The position numbers and the translations under genes are program-made. From positions 161,508-225,507 of the forward strand of contig CANBCI010000003.1 in NCBI GenBank assembly GCA_947367055.1: 64,000 bases of DNA, written 5' to 3'. Source of the DNA: an uncultured Alphaproteobacteria bacterium (GTDB lineage: Bacteria > Pseudomonadota > Alphaproteobacteria > Rs-D84). Shown here piece by piece: positions 9,181 through 18,473 of the stretch; position 1 is the stretch's first letter; each line of letters opens with the position of its first letter. Under the pieces are notes generated by a model that made no database searches, had not been told where the DNA came from, and worked only from the letters and a program-made list of their open reading frames with translations.

Positions 9181-10128
9181 ATGAAATCATTTGTTTTTAT
9201 TGGTGTGGCGGCGGTCGTATTGGGCGCGGTCGGATTCGGAATTTATAAGTATAAGGAGTCAAAATTGCCAACAGTATATTTTTCGCGTGATATTTCCGCC
9301 GCAGGATTGGTGCGCGCGTATAATGCGGCGGGCTGGACACCAAATGGTGCGGTCGGCATCAAAATGTCCACCGGCGAACCACCCGCCAGCAACTACCTGC
9401 GGCCGGAGTTAATCGGCGACCTAGCATCACAGGTTCACGGAACCATTGTTGAATGCAATACCGGGTATGACGGCCGCCGCGCGCAAAGCGACGAACATTG
9501 GCGCGTTATTCGCGAACACGGATTTTTGGATGTCGCCCCCGTTGATATTCAAGACGAAGAAGGCAGCATGGCCATCACCGTTCCGAACCCGTTGCGCATT
9601 TCAGAAAATTATGTCGGAACGCATTTTGCAAATTATCCGTCATACATAATTTTGTCGCATTTCAAGGGGCATCAAATGGCCGGCTATGGCGGCGCATTGA
9701 AAAATATTTCAATCGGCTTTGCATCACGCATGGGCAAGGCATGGATTCATTCCGGCGGCACCAGCAAGGATGACCCGTGGCACGGGGAACAGGATGCATT
9801 TCTTGATTCCATGGCGGATGCGTCCGCCGCGGTTATCGATTATGTCGGCGCGGACAACATGCTTTACATAAATGTTCTTAACCGCATCAGCATTGATTGT
9901 GATTGCAACGGCAATCCGGCCGAACCCGATATTCACGACATAGGAATATTGGTGTCAACCGACCCCGTCGCCATTGACCAGGCCGGAATCGACATGGTGA
10001 CGGCGGCCCCGAACAATGCGGCGTTATTGAACCGGATTCATGAACGAAACGGCCTGCGAACGATAGAGGCCGCGGAAAAGCATGGTCTGGGGCACCGCAA
10101 ATACAAGCTCGTTGATTTGGATAAATAA
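9181..10128 (+). CDS. DUF362 domain protein (putative Fe-S protein) with N-terminal membrane anchor
   Basis: It has an N-terminal TM helix and an ...ISIDCDCNGNP... Cys motif. DUF362-like length. Confidence 0.6.
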   Translation: MKSFVFIGVAAVVLGAVGFGIYKYKESKLPTVYFSRDISAAGLVRAYNAAGWTPNGAVGIKMSTGEPPASNYLRPELIGDLASQVHGTIVECNTGYDGRRAQSDEHWRVIREHGFLDVAPVDIQDEEGSMAITVPNPLRISENYVGTHFANYPSYIILSHFKGHQMAGYGGALKNISIGFASRMGKAWIHSGGTSKDDPWHGEQDAFLDSMADASAAVIDYVGADNMLYINVLNRISIDCDCNGNPAEPDIHDIGILVSTDPVAIDQAGIDMVTAAPNNAALLNRIHERNGLRTIEAAEKHGLGHRKYKLVDLDK

Positions 10129-10143
10129 AAACGGAGGGAAAAA

Positions 10144-10680
10144 ATGAAAAAAATAACATTGGCTTTATTCGGTCTGGTCGCGATGCTGGCGGGCGGGGCC
10201 GACGCAAAAACATTGGTTGCTTATTATTCGCGTTCCGGCAACACGCAAACCATTGCGGAAATGATACGGGATGCCACCAGTGCCGACATATTTGAAATTA
10301 CAACCGCCGATGCAAACCATTACCCCGACGAATACAGACCAGCGACGGTTGTTGCCAAGGAAGAAATTGAATCCGGCAATTCCCCGGCAATCGCCGCTAC
10401 GCCGGACATGAGCCAATATGACACGGTCTTTGTCGGTTCGCCGTGCTGGTGGGGAACCATGGCCGGGCCGGTTCATACATTTTTAACAACGACCGACATG
10501 TCGGGCAAAACGGTCGTGCCGTTCAACACACACGAAGGCAGCGGCGCCGGCAGTGTTCACACCGACATTGAAAAATTGACACCGCAGTCGGCTCACAAAA
10601 ACGGCATCGCAATCCGCGGCAGCGAAGCGTCCAGTTCACGCGACACGATTAACGCATGGGTCAAAGAGATAGGAGAATAA
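10144..10680 (+). CDS. flavodoxin-like protein with signal peptide (exported)
   Basis: MKKITLALFGLVAMLAGGADA is followed by KTLVAYYSRSGNT, a flavodoxin FMN-binding loop. Confidence 0.65.
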   Translation: MKKITLALFGLVAMLAGGADAKTLVAYYSRSGNTQTIAEMIRDATSADIFEITTADANHYPDEYRPATVVAKEEIESGNSPAIAATPDMSQYDTVFVGSPCWWGTMAGPVHTFLTTTDMSGKTVVPFNTHEGSGAGSVHTDIEKLTPQSAHKNGIAIRGSEASSSRDTINAWVKEIGE

Positions 10681-10682
10681 AA

Positions 10683-11162
10683 ATGCAGAACAAATCAGCG
10701 GTTGTTTTTTTCTCGTTAAGTGGAAATACACGCAAAGTCGCGGAAAAAATCGCGCATGCAATCGGCGCGGATGCGATTGAAATAAAAACTGCCACGCCGA
10801 TAACCGGAACATATGATGAAATAGTGGAACGCGCCAAGGGCGATGTCGCCGCAAAACACACGCCCGAAATCGCGCCAATTGACATATCAAATTACGACCA
10901 CATTATCGTCGGCACCCCGACATGGTGGTACACAATGGCGCCGGCCGTTCGCACTTTTTTAAGCAGTACAGACTTTGCATCACGGCGCGTTGATGTATAC
11001 ATAACGCACGCGGGCTGGGCCGGCACCGGTGTACGCGACATGCAGGCGATTGCCAAATCCGGCGGCGCAACGGTCGGCACATCAATTGAAATTGAATTTG
11101 ACGGCCACGACATGCAAACGGATGGGGCGAGTGTCGAAAAATGGATAAATGAATTAAAATAA
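10683..11162 (+). CDS. flavodoxin family protein (cytoplasmic)
   Basis: The MQNKSAVVFFSLSGNTRKVA... FMN-binding loop is present. The ATG at 10683 is preceded by AGGAGAATAAAA. The track start 10656 is an upstream GTG/TTG extension. Confidence 0.65.
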   Translation: MQNKSAVVFFSLSGNTRKVAEKIAHAIGADAIEIKTATPITGTYDEIVERAKGDVAAKHTPEIAPIDISNYDHIIVGTPTWWYTMAPAVRTFLSSTDFASRRVDVYITHAGWAGTGVRDMQAIAKSGGATVGTSIEIEFDGHDMQTDGASVEKWINELK

Positions 11163-11187
11163 AAACCGGGGCACCTGCCCCGTTTTT
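11161..11187. terminator. bidirectional terminator AAAAACCGGGGCA-CCT-GCCCCGTTTTT
   Basis: A perfect hairpin flanked by A/T runs lies between convergent genes. Confidence 0.6.
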
Positions 11188-11515
11188 AATGATGCGCCGC
11201 GATATGCAGCAGTATACTGATTATAAATATGACCGTGACAATACCCAGAATAATTTTTTGGGGCCGGTGCGTGTGCCCGCCGTGACAATGTTCGCATTCA
11301 CATTTGCATTCGCGCATAACCAGCACCCACGACACCCCCAGCATTCCCGCCGAAAACACAAATATCCACGGTTCCAACCATTCGGGGATTATATGAAAAT
11401 GCGCAGATTCGGGCGCCACCAATCCAATGATTGACAGTGCAATCGGCAAACCGCAACAAAATATGTGCGGGACGATGCTTGCGACTATTCCAATTTTTAC
11501 GGCTTTGTTCTTCAT
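11186..11515 (-). CDS. MerT-like heavy-metal transport membrane protein (CC pair in TM1, cytoplasmic CKCECEHCHGGHTH metal-binding loop)
   Basis: It has three predicted TM segments. IFCCGLP resembles the MerT ACCLGP motif. Confidence 0.45.
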   Translation of the reverse strand: MKNKAVKIGIVASIVPHIFCCGLPIALSIIGLVAPESAHFHIIPEWLEPWIFVFSAGMLGVSWVLVMRECKCECEHCHGGHTHRPQKIILGIVTVIFIISILLHIAAHH

Positions 11516-11694
11516 GGCTGATAATTATAAATATATTTTTTTCATTTGCAAATCAATAAAGGTAGGCACAAATTCGCGTAAATTACCATTTGACCTTAAA
11601 AATCTTATGTGATTTAATCCGTGCTGACGACGGGGATCTCGTCGTTGGGTCTTACTAACCCGCAGTGTTGATGTCAGCGATGACATAAAATATC

Positions 11695-11834
11695 TCCAAC
11701 CTGTTATGCGGTTGGAGTGTGCCCAATATTTTGAATAAGCACGACAATTTCAACACATTGTTAGTAAGCTCCAACCACCAGATTTATTTGGTGGTGTTTT
11801 GTTTGATTAACCGCACAAAACAAGGAGTCTGGCG
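11695..11834 (+). promoter_or_regulatory. conserved structured leader, copy A (P1 CUCCAACC-UGUUAUGC-GGUUGGAG; P2 GUGC/GCAC; terminator GCUCCAACCACCAGAUUUAUUUGGUGGUG-UUUUGUUUG) upstream of PAP2 gene
   Basis: The hairpins and U-run are visible directly. The terminator ends 25 nt before ATG 11835. It is homologous to copies B and C. Confidence 0.5.
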
Positions 11835-12392
11835 ATGTCAAAAAAACTTAATATACTGATGGCGGTGTTGCTGTCGGGGCTGGTTCTGCTGCTGGTTTCG
11901 ACCAGGGCGCATGCCGGCGGACCATTTAGCAGTAAAAACAAACTGGGGGATGTCATGATGGTCATGAGTCCCACATACGCGCTGGGGATGACAATTATGG
12001 CCAAAGATTGGGCCGGGACGCTACAACTTGGCGAATCCATACTGGCCGCCCAGGTGGCCAGCGAGGGTATAAAAGCCCTGGAACTGGAACGGCGACCAAA
12101 CGGCGGGGATAAAAAATCTTTCCCCAGCGGCCATGCGGCGGGCGCATTTTCCGGGGCAATGTTTGTTCACAAAAGGTATGGTTGGAAACCGGCGCTTATT
12201 CCATATGCAATGAGCCTGGTCGCCGGCTGGAGTCGTGTAGAGGTCCGCGCGCATTATTGGCACGATGTTTTGGCGGGGGCGGCGGTATCGGCACTGTTCA
12301 CCTGGGTTTTGGTGGATAAATATGTACCCAAGGGTGTTGATGTCGCGGTCGGCATGGACGGCGCCCGCGTTGGTTTCAAAACCCAGTTTTAA
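11835..12392 (+). CDS. PAP2 family phosphatase (periplasmic/membrane phosphatidic acid phosphatase type 2)
   Basis: It carries the KSFPSGHAAGAFSGAMFV and YWHDVLAGAAVSA PAP2 signature motifs plus a signal peptide. Confidence 0.75.
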   Translation: MSKKLNILMAVLLSGLVLLLVSTRAHAGGPFSSKNKLGDVMMVMSPTYALGMTIMAKDWAGTLQLGESILAAQVASEGIKALELERRPNGGDKKSFPSGHAAGAFSGAMFVHKRYGWKPALIPYAMSLVAGWSRVEVRAHYWHDVLAGAAVSALFTWVLVDKYVPKGVDVAVGMDGARVGFKTQF

Positions 12393-12393
12393 T

Positions 12394-12425
12394 AAAAGCC
12401 CCATTCGGGGCATTTATTATTTAGA
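12394..12425 (+). terminator. rho-independent terminator GCCCC-ATTC-GGGGC + ATTTATTATTT
   Basis: A hairpin immediately follows the PAP2 stop. Confidence 0.55.
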
Positions 12426-12463
12426 TAATTCTTGGCGTCTATTATTTAGATATTCTTGGCGTC
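12414..12463. repeat. tandem direct repeat (2 x approx 24 bp: ATTATTTAGATA(A)TTCTTGGCGTC), second copy overlaps 3' end (…GACGCCA) of tRNA-Arg
   Basis: Direct visual repeat. TTCTTGGCGTC occurs at 12431-12439 and again at 12454-12463. Confidence 0.6.
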
Positions 12464-12532
12464 CCCAGCAGGACTCGAACCTGCATCTAATTCTTAGGAG
12501 GAACTTGTTCTATCCTGTTGAACTATGGGGAC
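12457..12532 (-). tRNA. tRNA-Arg (anticodon CCT)
   Basis: The reverse complement GTCCCCATAGTTCAACAGGATAGAACAAGTTCCTCCTAAGAATTAGATGCAGGTTCGAGTCCTGCTGGGGACGCCA folds as a cloverleaf. Anticodon loop is CTCCTAA. Confidence 0.8.
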
Positions 12533-12622
12533 GGCGAAATGTATTTTATTCCTTTTATTTTAATATTGCAAGTTGTGGTTGCCACTTGTATAATGCTTCA
12601 AACTAATCAAAAGGAAGGGTAT

Positions 12623-13561
12623 ATGGGCAGCAAACTGATAGGCTATGGTTCTTATTTGCCAGAAAGGATTGTCACCAACCAGGATTTTGAAAAAATCATG
12701 GATACGACCGACGAATGGATTGTCCAGCGCACGGGTATGCGCGAACGGCATTTCGCGGCGGATGATGAAACGGTTGTTGATATGGCTGTCGTGGCATCAG
12801 AACGCGCGTTGGCGTCGGCGGGTCTGACGATTGACGATATTGACCTGATAATAACGGCCACAACATCGCCGGAATTGGATTTTCCGTCCGTCGCGGTTCA
12901 GGTGGCGGGTAAACTCGGCGCACAGAAAAATGTGCCGGCGTTTGATGTGCGCGGCGCATGCACGGGCTATATTTACGCACTGCATTGCGCGCGGGCGTTT
13001 TTCACATCTGGAATCCACGACCGAATACTGATTATCGGTGCGGAAAAAATGTCGCGCTTTATCGATATGAATGACCGCAGCACGGCGGTTCTGTTCGGCG
13101 ACGGCGCGGGCGCAATGATATTTGAACGGTCAACATCCAGTTATTCTGGGATTATCGACACGGTTGTAATGGCCGACGGCCGCGAATTTGAAATGCTGCA
13201 CGGGTCAACGGATCACCGGATTATAATGAACGGTCCCGAAACTTATAAAAAGGCCGTGACCCTGATGCCAGAGGCTGCAAATTATATCATGCAGCATGCG
13301 GGCATTACCGCGGAAAATGTCGATTGGATTATCCCGCATCAGGCAAATTTGCGCATTATTCAAAGCGGTGCGCAGCGTCTGGGATTTCCGCTGGAAAAGA
13401 TTCTGGTCACGGTGGACAAGCATGCGAATACCAGCGGTGCGTCCGGCGTGCTGGCATTGGCGTATGGAATGGATAACGGCTTTATCAAACCGGGTCAGTT
13501 GATTTTGTATCCTGCATTTGGCAGTGGTCTGACCTGGGGTGCGGCATTGATTAGGGTGTAA
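12623..13561 (+). CDS. fabH: 3-oxoacyl-ACP synthase III
   Basis: The product MGSKLIGYGSYLPERIVTNQDFEK... contains Cys in ...GACTGYIYAL... and His/Asn motifs. Start is at 12623 after AAGGAAGGG. The track's upstream extension overlaps tRNA-Arg. Confidence 0.9.
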   Translation: MGSKLIGYGSYLPERIVTNQDFEKIMDTTDEWIVQRTGMRERHFAADDETVVDMAVVASERALASAGLTIDDIDLIITATTSPELDFPSVAVQVAGKLGAQKNVPAFDVRGACTGYIYALHCARAFFTSGIHDRILIIGAEKMSRFIDMNDRSTAVLFGDGAGAMIFERSTSSYSGIIDTVVMADGREFEMLHGSTDHRIIMNGPETYKKAVTLMPEAANYIMQHAGITAENVDWIIPHQANLRIIQSGAQRLGFPLEKILVTVDKHANTSGASGVLALAYGMDNGFIKPGQLILYPAFGSGLTWGAALIRV

Positions 13562-13565
13562 GGAA

Positions 13566-13856
13566 ATGGCAACGATAACAAGAAATGATCTGGCAAACCG
13601 TTTGCGCGCAAAGTTTGGTCTGACGACGGCGGATGCGTATAAACTGGTTGATGTTGTGTTTGATGAAATTCGTGAATCACTTATTCACGGGGAAGAGGTT
13701 AAGTTCGCAGGGCTAGGCAGTTTCAAGATTCTGACCAAGTCCGCGCGCATGGGCCGCAACCCAAAGACGGGCACGCCGGCGGTAATCAGTGCGCGCCGCG
13801 TTGCGTCTTTCCGCCCCAGCACGGAATTTCGCGCATTGGTCGCAAAAAAGAAATAA
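13566..13856 (+). CDS. ihfA: integration host factor subunit alpha (HU/IHF family)
   Basis: It carries the NDLANRLRAKFGLTTADAYKLVDVVFDEI...GRNPKTG IHF/HU signature. The fabH-ihfA linkage is typical of alphaproteobacteria. Confidence 0.85.
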   Translation: MATITRNDLANRLRAKFGLTTADAYKLVDVVFDEIRESLIHGEEVKFAGLGSFKILTKSARMGRNPKTGTPAVISARRVASFRPSTEFRALVAKKK

Positions 13857-13899
13857 TTGCAGCACATTAAATCACACACCGCCCGTTTGGGCGGTGTTT

Positions 13900-14718
13900 T
13901 TATTTCTGGGACTGATGTTCGATTATATTGACAAGTGGCTGTGGGACAACATATCGTTCAACATTTGGCAAAACGCGCGCCCATGCCGCATCCCCATTAC
14001 CAACAATGTTTATATCCAATTCGACGCCTTGACACTTTGCACTGGCCAAGGATTCCAGTATCTTGTTCGCACGCGTGTCAATCTGGGCATCTGGGCAATT
14101 GACATAAATCTTTATACATGGATTTCTTTTTGCATTGCCGCCATTTGCCAAAGCCAATTCCGACAACAGTTCGTCTTGCTTTTCCGGGTCCATGCTGTCA
14201 ATCGCCTCTTTGACAACATTGTTGACACTTAAGCGAAATGCCGCCAGCTTGTGTCCCGTTTGACGCTGAACCCCGTCCAGAATATAAATATTCATATCCT
14301 TTACGAACAAACCCGTCCGCGTCAGGGGATCTTTGACCTTTGGCGTTTCTACCCGGCCGATAACAGCATTAAAAAATGAATTGGAAGCATTTTGTGCGGG
14401 CGCAGGCTGCGTGACCGATGACATATGTTGCGGTGCAGCGGGCGCCGGTTGTGCGGCAGGTTGCGGTCGTGACTGGGCGGGCGTGGGCTGCACGGATTGT
14501 GGTTTGGGCGGCGTCGGGCGCAGGGCGTAGCGGTCGCCCACCATGTGAATAACCGCACTGTTCCAATATCCGCGCGCCACGGTTTCGGCAACCGACTGCG
14601 GAACAAAATCCTTGCCCTGTTTTATCAACTGCCCCAACCTATCATCGGATAATTTGGAAAATGATTTCATCATTTCAATAAATGAATGTTCGCTGATTAC
14701 CGGTGCCATGTTTCCCAC
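13900..14718 (-). CDS. hypothetical protein with Pro/Gln/Ala-rich central linker (272 aa)
   Basis: A clean ORF convergent on ihfA. No family recognised. Confidence 0.45.
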   Translation of the reverse strand: MGNMAPVISEHSFIEMMKSFSKLSDDRLGQLIKQGKDFVPQSVAETVARGYWNSAVIHMVGDRYALRPTPPKPQSVQPTPAQSRPQPAAQPAPAAPQHMSSVTQPAPAQNASNSFFNAVIGRVETPKVKDPLTRTGLFVKDMNIYILDGVQRQTGHKLAAFRLSVNNVVKEAIDSMDPEKQDELLSELALANGGNAKRNPCIKIYVNCPDAQIDTRANKILESLASAKCQGVELDINIVGNGDAAWARVLPNVERYVVPQPLVNIIEHQSQK

Positions 14719-14851
14719 CTTTGTGCTTGATTGATAATATGCATTATATCACAAAAAAGGACTTCCGTCAAAACATCTGAAATAGATTTATTCTTGCCAT
14801 TGGGGACAAATGGGGGTATCATTTGACCGGTAAAAAACAAGGATTACACAA

Positions 14852-17800
14852 ATGTCAAAATTGATTGTTGATGGAAATTGGGCGGCGGCCGACGTCGCAT
14901 ACAGATGCGTGGATTTTGCCGCGATTTATCCCATTACCCCCAGTAGCACTATGGGTGAATTGGCCGATGAATGGTCATTCCAGCATAAAAAGAATATATG
15001 GGGCGCCATCCCACAAATAATTGAAATGCAGTCCGAGGCGGGCGCCGCCGGCGCAATGCACGGCGCGTTGCAGATGGGGTCTCTCGCGACGACATTCACC
15101 GCGTCACAGGGCCTGTTGCTGATGATTCCGAACATGTATAAAATCGCCGGCGAACAAACACCGTTCGTAATGCATGTCGCGGCGCGCGCACTTGCAACGC
15201 ATGCGCTGTCAATCTTTGGCGACCACAGTGATGTTATGTCCGTGCGTTCGACCGGGTTTGCATTGCTGTCCAGTCACAATGTGCAACAGGCGTCTGACAT
15301 GGCCGCAATCGCGCATGCGGCGACCCTGCGGTCTCGCGTGCCATTTTTGCATTTCTTTGACGGGTTCCGCACCAGCCACGAAGAATCAATTTTGACACGC
15401 ATTCCGGACGAAGTTCTGCATGAAATGATTCCGGACGAATTGGTCTTGGCCAACCGCGCGCGCGGCATGACGCCGGACAATCCGACAATCCGCGGGACCG
15501 CACAAAACCCCGATGTATATTTCCAAGGACGCGAGGCGGCCAACCCGCTGTACTTCAAAACACCCGAAATTGTTCAGGAATGCATGGATAAATTCGCCAA
15601 ACTTACCGGCCGCAAATATAATCTGGTTGACTATGTGGGCGACGCAAACGCGGAAAACATCATTGTCGCCATGGGCAGCGCCTGCGAAACGATTGAAGAA
15701 ACATTGCCGCATTTGCCGGCGGGTCTGGGCTTGATAAAAATTCATCTGTACCGGCCGTTCCCGGTCGACGCGTTCCGCGCGGCGTTGCCAAAATCGGTAA
15801 AGCGCATCGCGGTTCTGGACCGGACCAAGGAACCGGGCGCAATCGGCGAACCATTGTATCAGGATGTTAAAACCGTTGTTGGGGACACGGCGGCGGTATT
15901 CGGTGGTCGCTATGGCCTGGGGTCCAAGGAATTCAAGCCCCGTGATGTCAAGGCGGTTTATGAAAACCTGATGCGGGATACATTAAAGCATAATTTCACC
16001 GTCGGCATTGATGATGATTTGACGGGATTGTCGCTAAAGACCGACCCGGCGTTTGCGGTCGAAGATCCGAATTTCAAAACGGCCATTTTATACGGCATCG
16101 GTTCGGACGGCACCGTCGGCGCGGTAAAAAACATTGTAAAAATCGTTGGTGAAAATTCGGATTTGTATCCGCAGTCTTATGCCGTATACGATTCGAAAAA
16201 GTCCGGCGGCCTGACCGCGTCGCACATACGCTTTTCCGACGCCCCGATTAAAAGCCAGTATTTGATAGAAGTCGCCGATTTCATCAGCGTTTCAAACTTT
16301 ATGATTGCGCGCCGCTTTGACGTGTTCCGCGGGCTTCGCGCCGGCGGCACGGTGATGATTAACACATCCATGGCGCCGGATGTAGCGTTTGCAAACCTGC
16401 CGCGGGACGCGCAGGAGCACCTTATCCGCATGCGGGCCAAGGTGTATTTCCTGGACGCGAACCGTGCGGCGGCGGAACTGGGACTGGGTAATCGCATCAA
16501 CACATTTATCATGTTGAATTTCTTTAACCTGACACATGTTATTGACCCGGCGGTCGCCGCCAAGTCAGCCAAGGTTGCAATTGAAAAAACATACAAGAAA
16601 AAGGGCATGGATGTGGTCGAGGCAAACTGGGCCGCGGTTGACCGTGCGTCGGAATTCCTGCATGAATATCAGTTGCCGTCGTCGGTATCAAGTTTTGCAC
16701 CGGATTTTGCGCCGTCCATGACTGCGGACGCGCCCGCGGAAATTGCAGGCACATTGGGTGAAATCGCCGCACAACGTGGCGACGCAATCCCGGTTTCCCG
16801 ATTCCGCGTTGACGGCGAATTCGGTGGCGGCCAATATCCGGTCGGCACCGCAAAATATGAAAAGCGCGCCGTATCAGACCGCGTTGCAACATGCGATTTG
16901 GAAAAGTGCATACAGTGCGGCAAATGCGCAACACTGTGTCCGCACGCCGCGATACGCATCAAAGCCATGACGGCAGACGAGGCGGAAAAGGCCCGCGCCA
17001 AAGGTATCATTGTTGTTCCGATGAAAACACCGGAGCTCGGACCCGACATGTACTTTACACTAAACATTTCGCCGGCGGATTGCACGGGGTGCAACATCTG
17101 TGTCAAAAACTGCCCGGTCAAGGCATTGGCATTGGCGCCCTATAACGAGGTAGCCGAAAAAAATCAATCGGCGTTTGACGCAGCGCTTGAAATACCGGAT
17201 GTGCCGCGCGAAAAGTTGAACCTGAATCTGCCAAAGCATATTGAAATGTTGCCGCATTATTTTGAATTCCCGGGCGCATGCGCAGGGTGCGGCGAAACAC
17301 CGTATATCAGAATGCTGTCCCACCTGTTCGGTGACAGAATGGTCGTCGCGAATGCGACGGGATGCTCGTCCATTTACGGGGCGAATTTGCCGACAACACC
17401 ATGGACCCGCGATGCGGGCGGCCGCGGGCCGGCATGGTCAAATTCCTTGTTCGAAGACAATGCGGAATATGGCCTGGGGATGCGCCTTGCCTTGAATCAA
17501 AAGCGCAATACGTTAAAGGGGCTGCTATTTGAATTAAATATCCCCAATGTTGAGGAAATGTTTAATGAAACAGACCCTGCAAAGCAGCGCGAGGCGGAAA
17601 CCATGCTGCGAAAAAAACTGGCGACAATCGATAGCCCGCGCGCGCGCATGGCGATGAGTTTGATTGGTGAAATCGTTGACAAGTCCGTATGGATTATCGG
17701 CGGCGACGGTTGGGCGTATGATATCGGATACGGCGGTCTGGATCATATTTTGCACAGTGGCGAAAATGTGAACATTCTGGTTCTGGATACCGAGGGTTAT

Positions 17801-18361
17801 TCCAACACCGGCGGCCAGCAGTCAAAATCAACCCCGTTCGGCGCCAGCATGAAATTCGCCATCGGCGGCAAGGAACATGCGAAAAAAGACCTGGGCATGA
17901 TTGCGATGATGTCGGGCGCATATGTTGCACAGGTTGCCCTGGGGGCAAACCCGGTACAAACCGCCCGCGCATTTCAAGAGGCCGCCGCATTCCCCGGTCC
18001 GTCGATAATATTGGCGTATGCACCGTGTATCGCGCACGGGTTCCAATTACAAAACGGCCCCGAACATCAATCGCAACTGGTATCAACGGGTGCATGGCCG
18101 CTATATCGGTTTAACCCGATGCTGATTGACGCGGGACAAAATCCGCTATCGCTGGATTCCCAGACTGAAAACCCGACACCGTTGGCGGATTTCCTAAAGA
18201 CGGAATCGCGTTTTGGTGCGGCGCGTGCGGCAAATCCGAATTTTGACCACCTGGTTGAAATGGCCGAGGATAATAACCGCTACAAGCGCGAACTAAAGCA
18301 ATACATTGCACACTTTGCAATGCAGAACAAACCGAACAAAAAAGTCAACGGCGAAGGTTAA
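14852..18361 (+). CDS. nifJ: pyruvate:ferredoxin (flavodoxin) oxidoreductase
   Basis: It is 1169 aa with the TPP motif GGDGWAYDIGYGGLDH. Two 4Fe-4S motifs are present: CIQCGKCATLCP and CTGCNICVKNCP. Confidence 0.9.
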   Translation: MSKLIVDGNWAAADVAYRCVDFAAIYPITPSSTMGELADEWSFQHKKNIWGAIPQIIEMQSEAGAAGAMHGALQMGSLATTFTASQGLLLMIPNMYKIAGEQTPFVMHVAARALATHALSIFGDHSDVMSVRSTGFALLSSHNVQQASDMAAIAHAATLRSRVPFLHFFDGFRTSHEESILTRIPDEVLHEMIPDELVLANRARGMTPDNPTIRGTAQNPDVYFQGREAANPLYFKTPEIVQECMDKFAKLTGRKYNLVDYVGDANAENIIVAMGSACETIEETLPHLPAGLGLIKIHLYRPFPVDAFRAALPKSVKRIAVLDRTKEPGAIGEPLYQDVKTVVGDTAAVFGGRYGLGSKEFKPRDVKAVYENLMRDTLKHNFTVGIDDDLTGLSLKTDPAFAVEDPNFKTAILYGIGSDGTVGAVKNIVKIVGENSDLYPQSYAVYDSKKSGGLTASHIRFSDAPIKSQYLIEVADFISVSNFMIARRFDVFRGLRAGGTVMINTSMAPDVAFANLPRDAQEHLIRMRAKVYFLDANRAAAELGLGNRINTFIMLNFFNLTHVIDPAVAAKSAKVAIEKTYKKKGMDVVEANWAAVDRASEFLHEYQLPSSVSSFAPDFAPSMTADAPAEIAGTLGEIAAQRGDAIPVSRFRVDGEFGGGQYPVGTAKYEKRAVSDRVATCDLEKCIQCGKCATLCPHAAIRIKAMTADEAEKARAKGIIVVPMKTPELGPDMYFTLNISPADCTGCNICVKNCPVKALALAPYNEVAEKNQSAFDAALEIPDVPREKLNLNLPKHIEMLPHYFEFPGACAGCGETPYIRMLSHLFGDRMVVANATGCSSIYGANLPTTPWTRDAGGRGPAWSNSLFEDNAEYGLGMRLALNQKRNTLKGLLFELNIPNVEEMFNETDPAKQREAETMLRKKLATIDSPRARMAMSLIGEIVDKSVWIIGGDGWAYDIGYGGLDHILHSGENVNILVLDTEGYSNTGGQQSKSTPFGASMKFAIGGKEHAKKDLGMIAMMSGAYVAQVALGANPVQTARAFQEAAAFPGPSIILAYAPCIAHGFQLQNGPEHQSQLVSTGAWPLYRFNPMLIDAGQNPLSLDSQTENPTPLADFLKTESRFGAARAANPNFDHLVEMAEDNNRYKRELKQYIAHFAMQNKPNKKVNGEG

Positions 18362-18473
18362 TCCCTTGCCATTGTCGGCGGACAAAAATCCCCCAGAACG
18401 GGGGATTTTTTATTTCTTTGTTTATCAATATTTTCGGTTGCATGCGGGGCGATGTTTGTTGTAAATTTATGGT

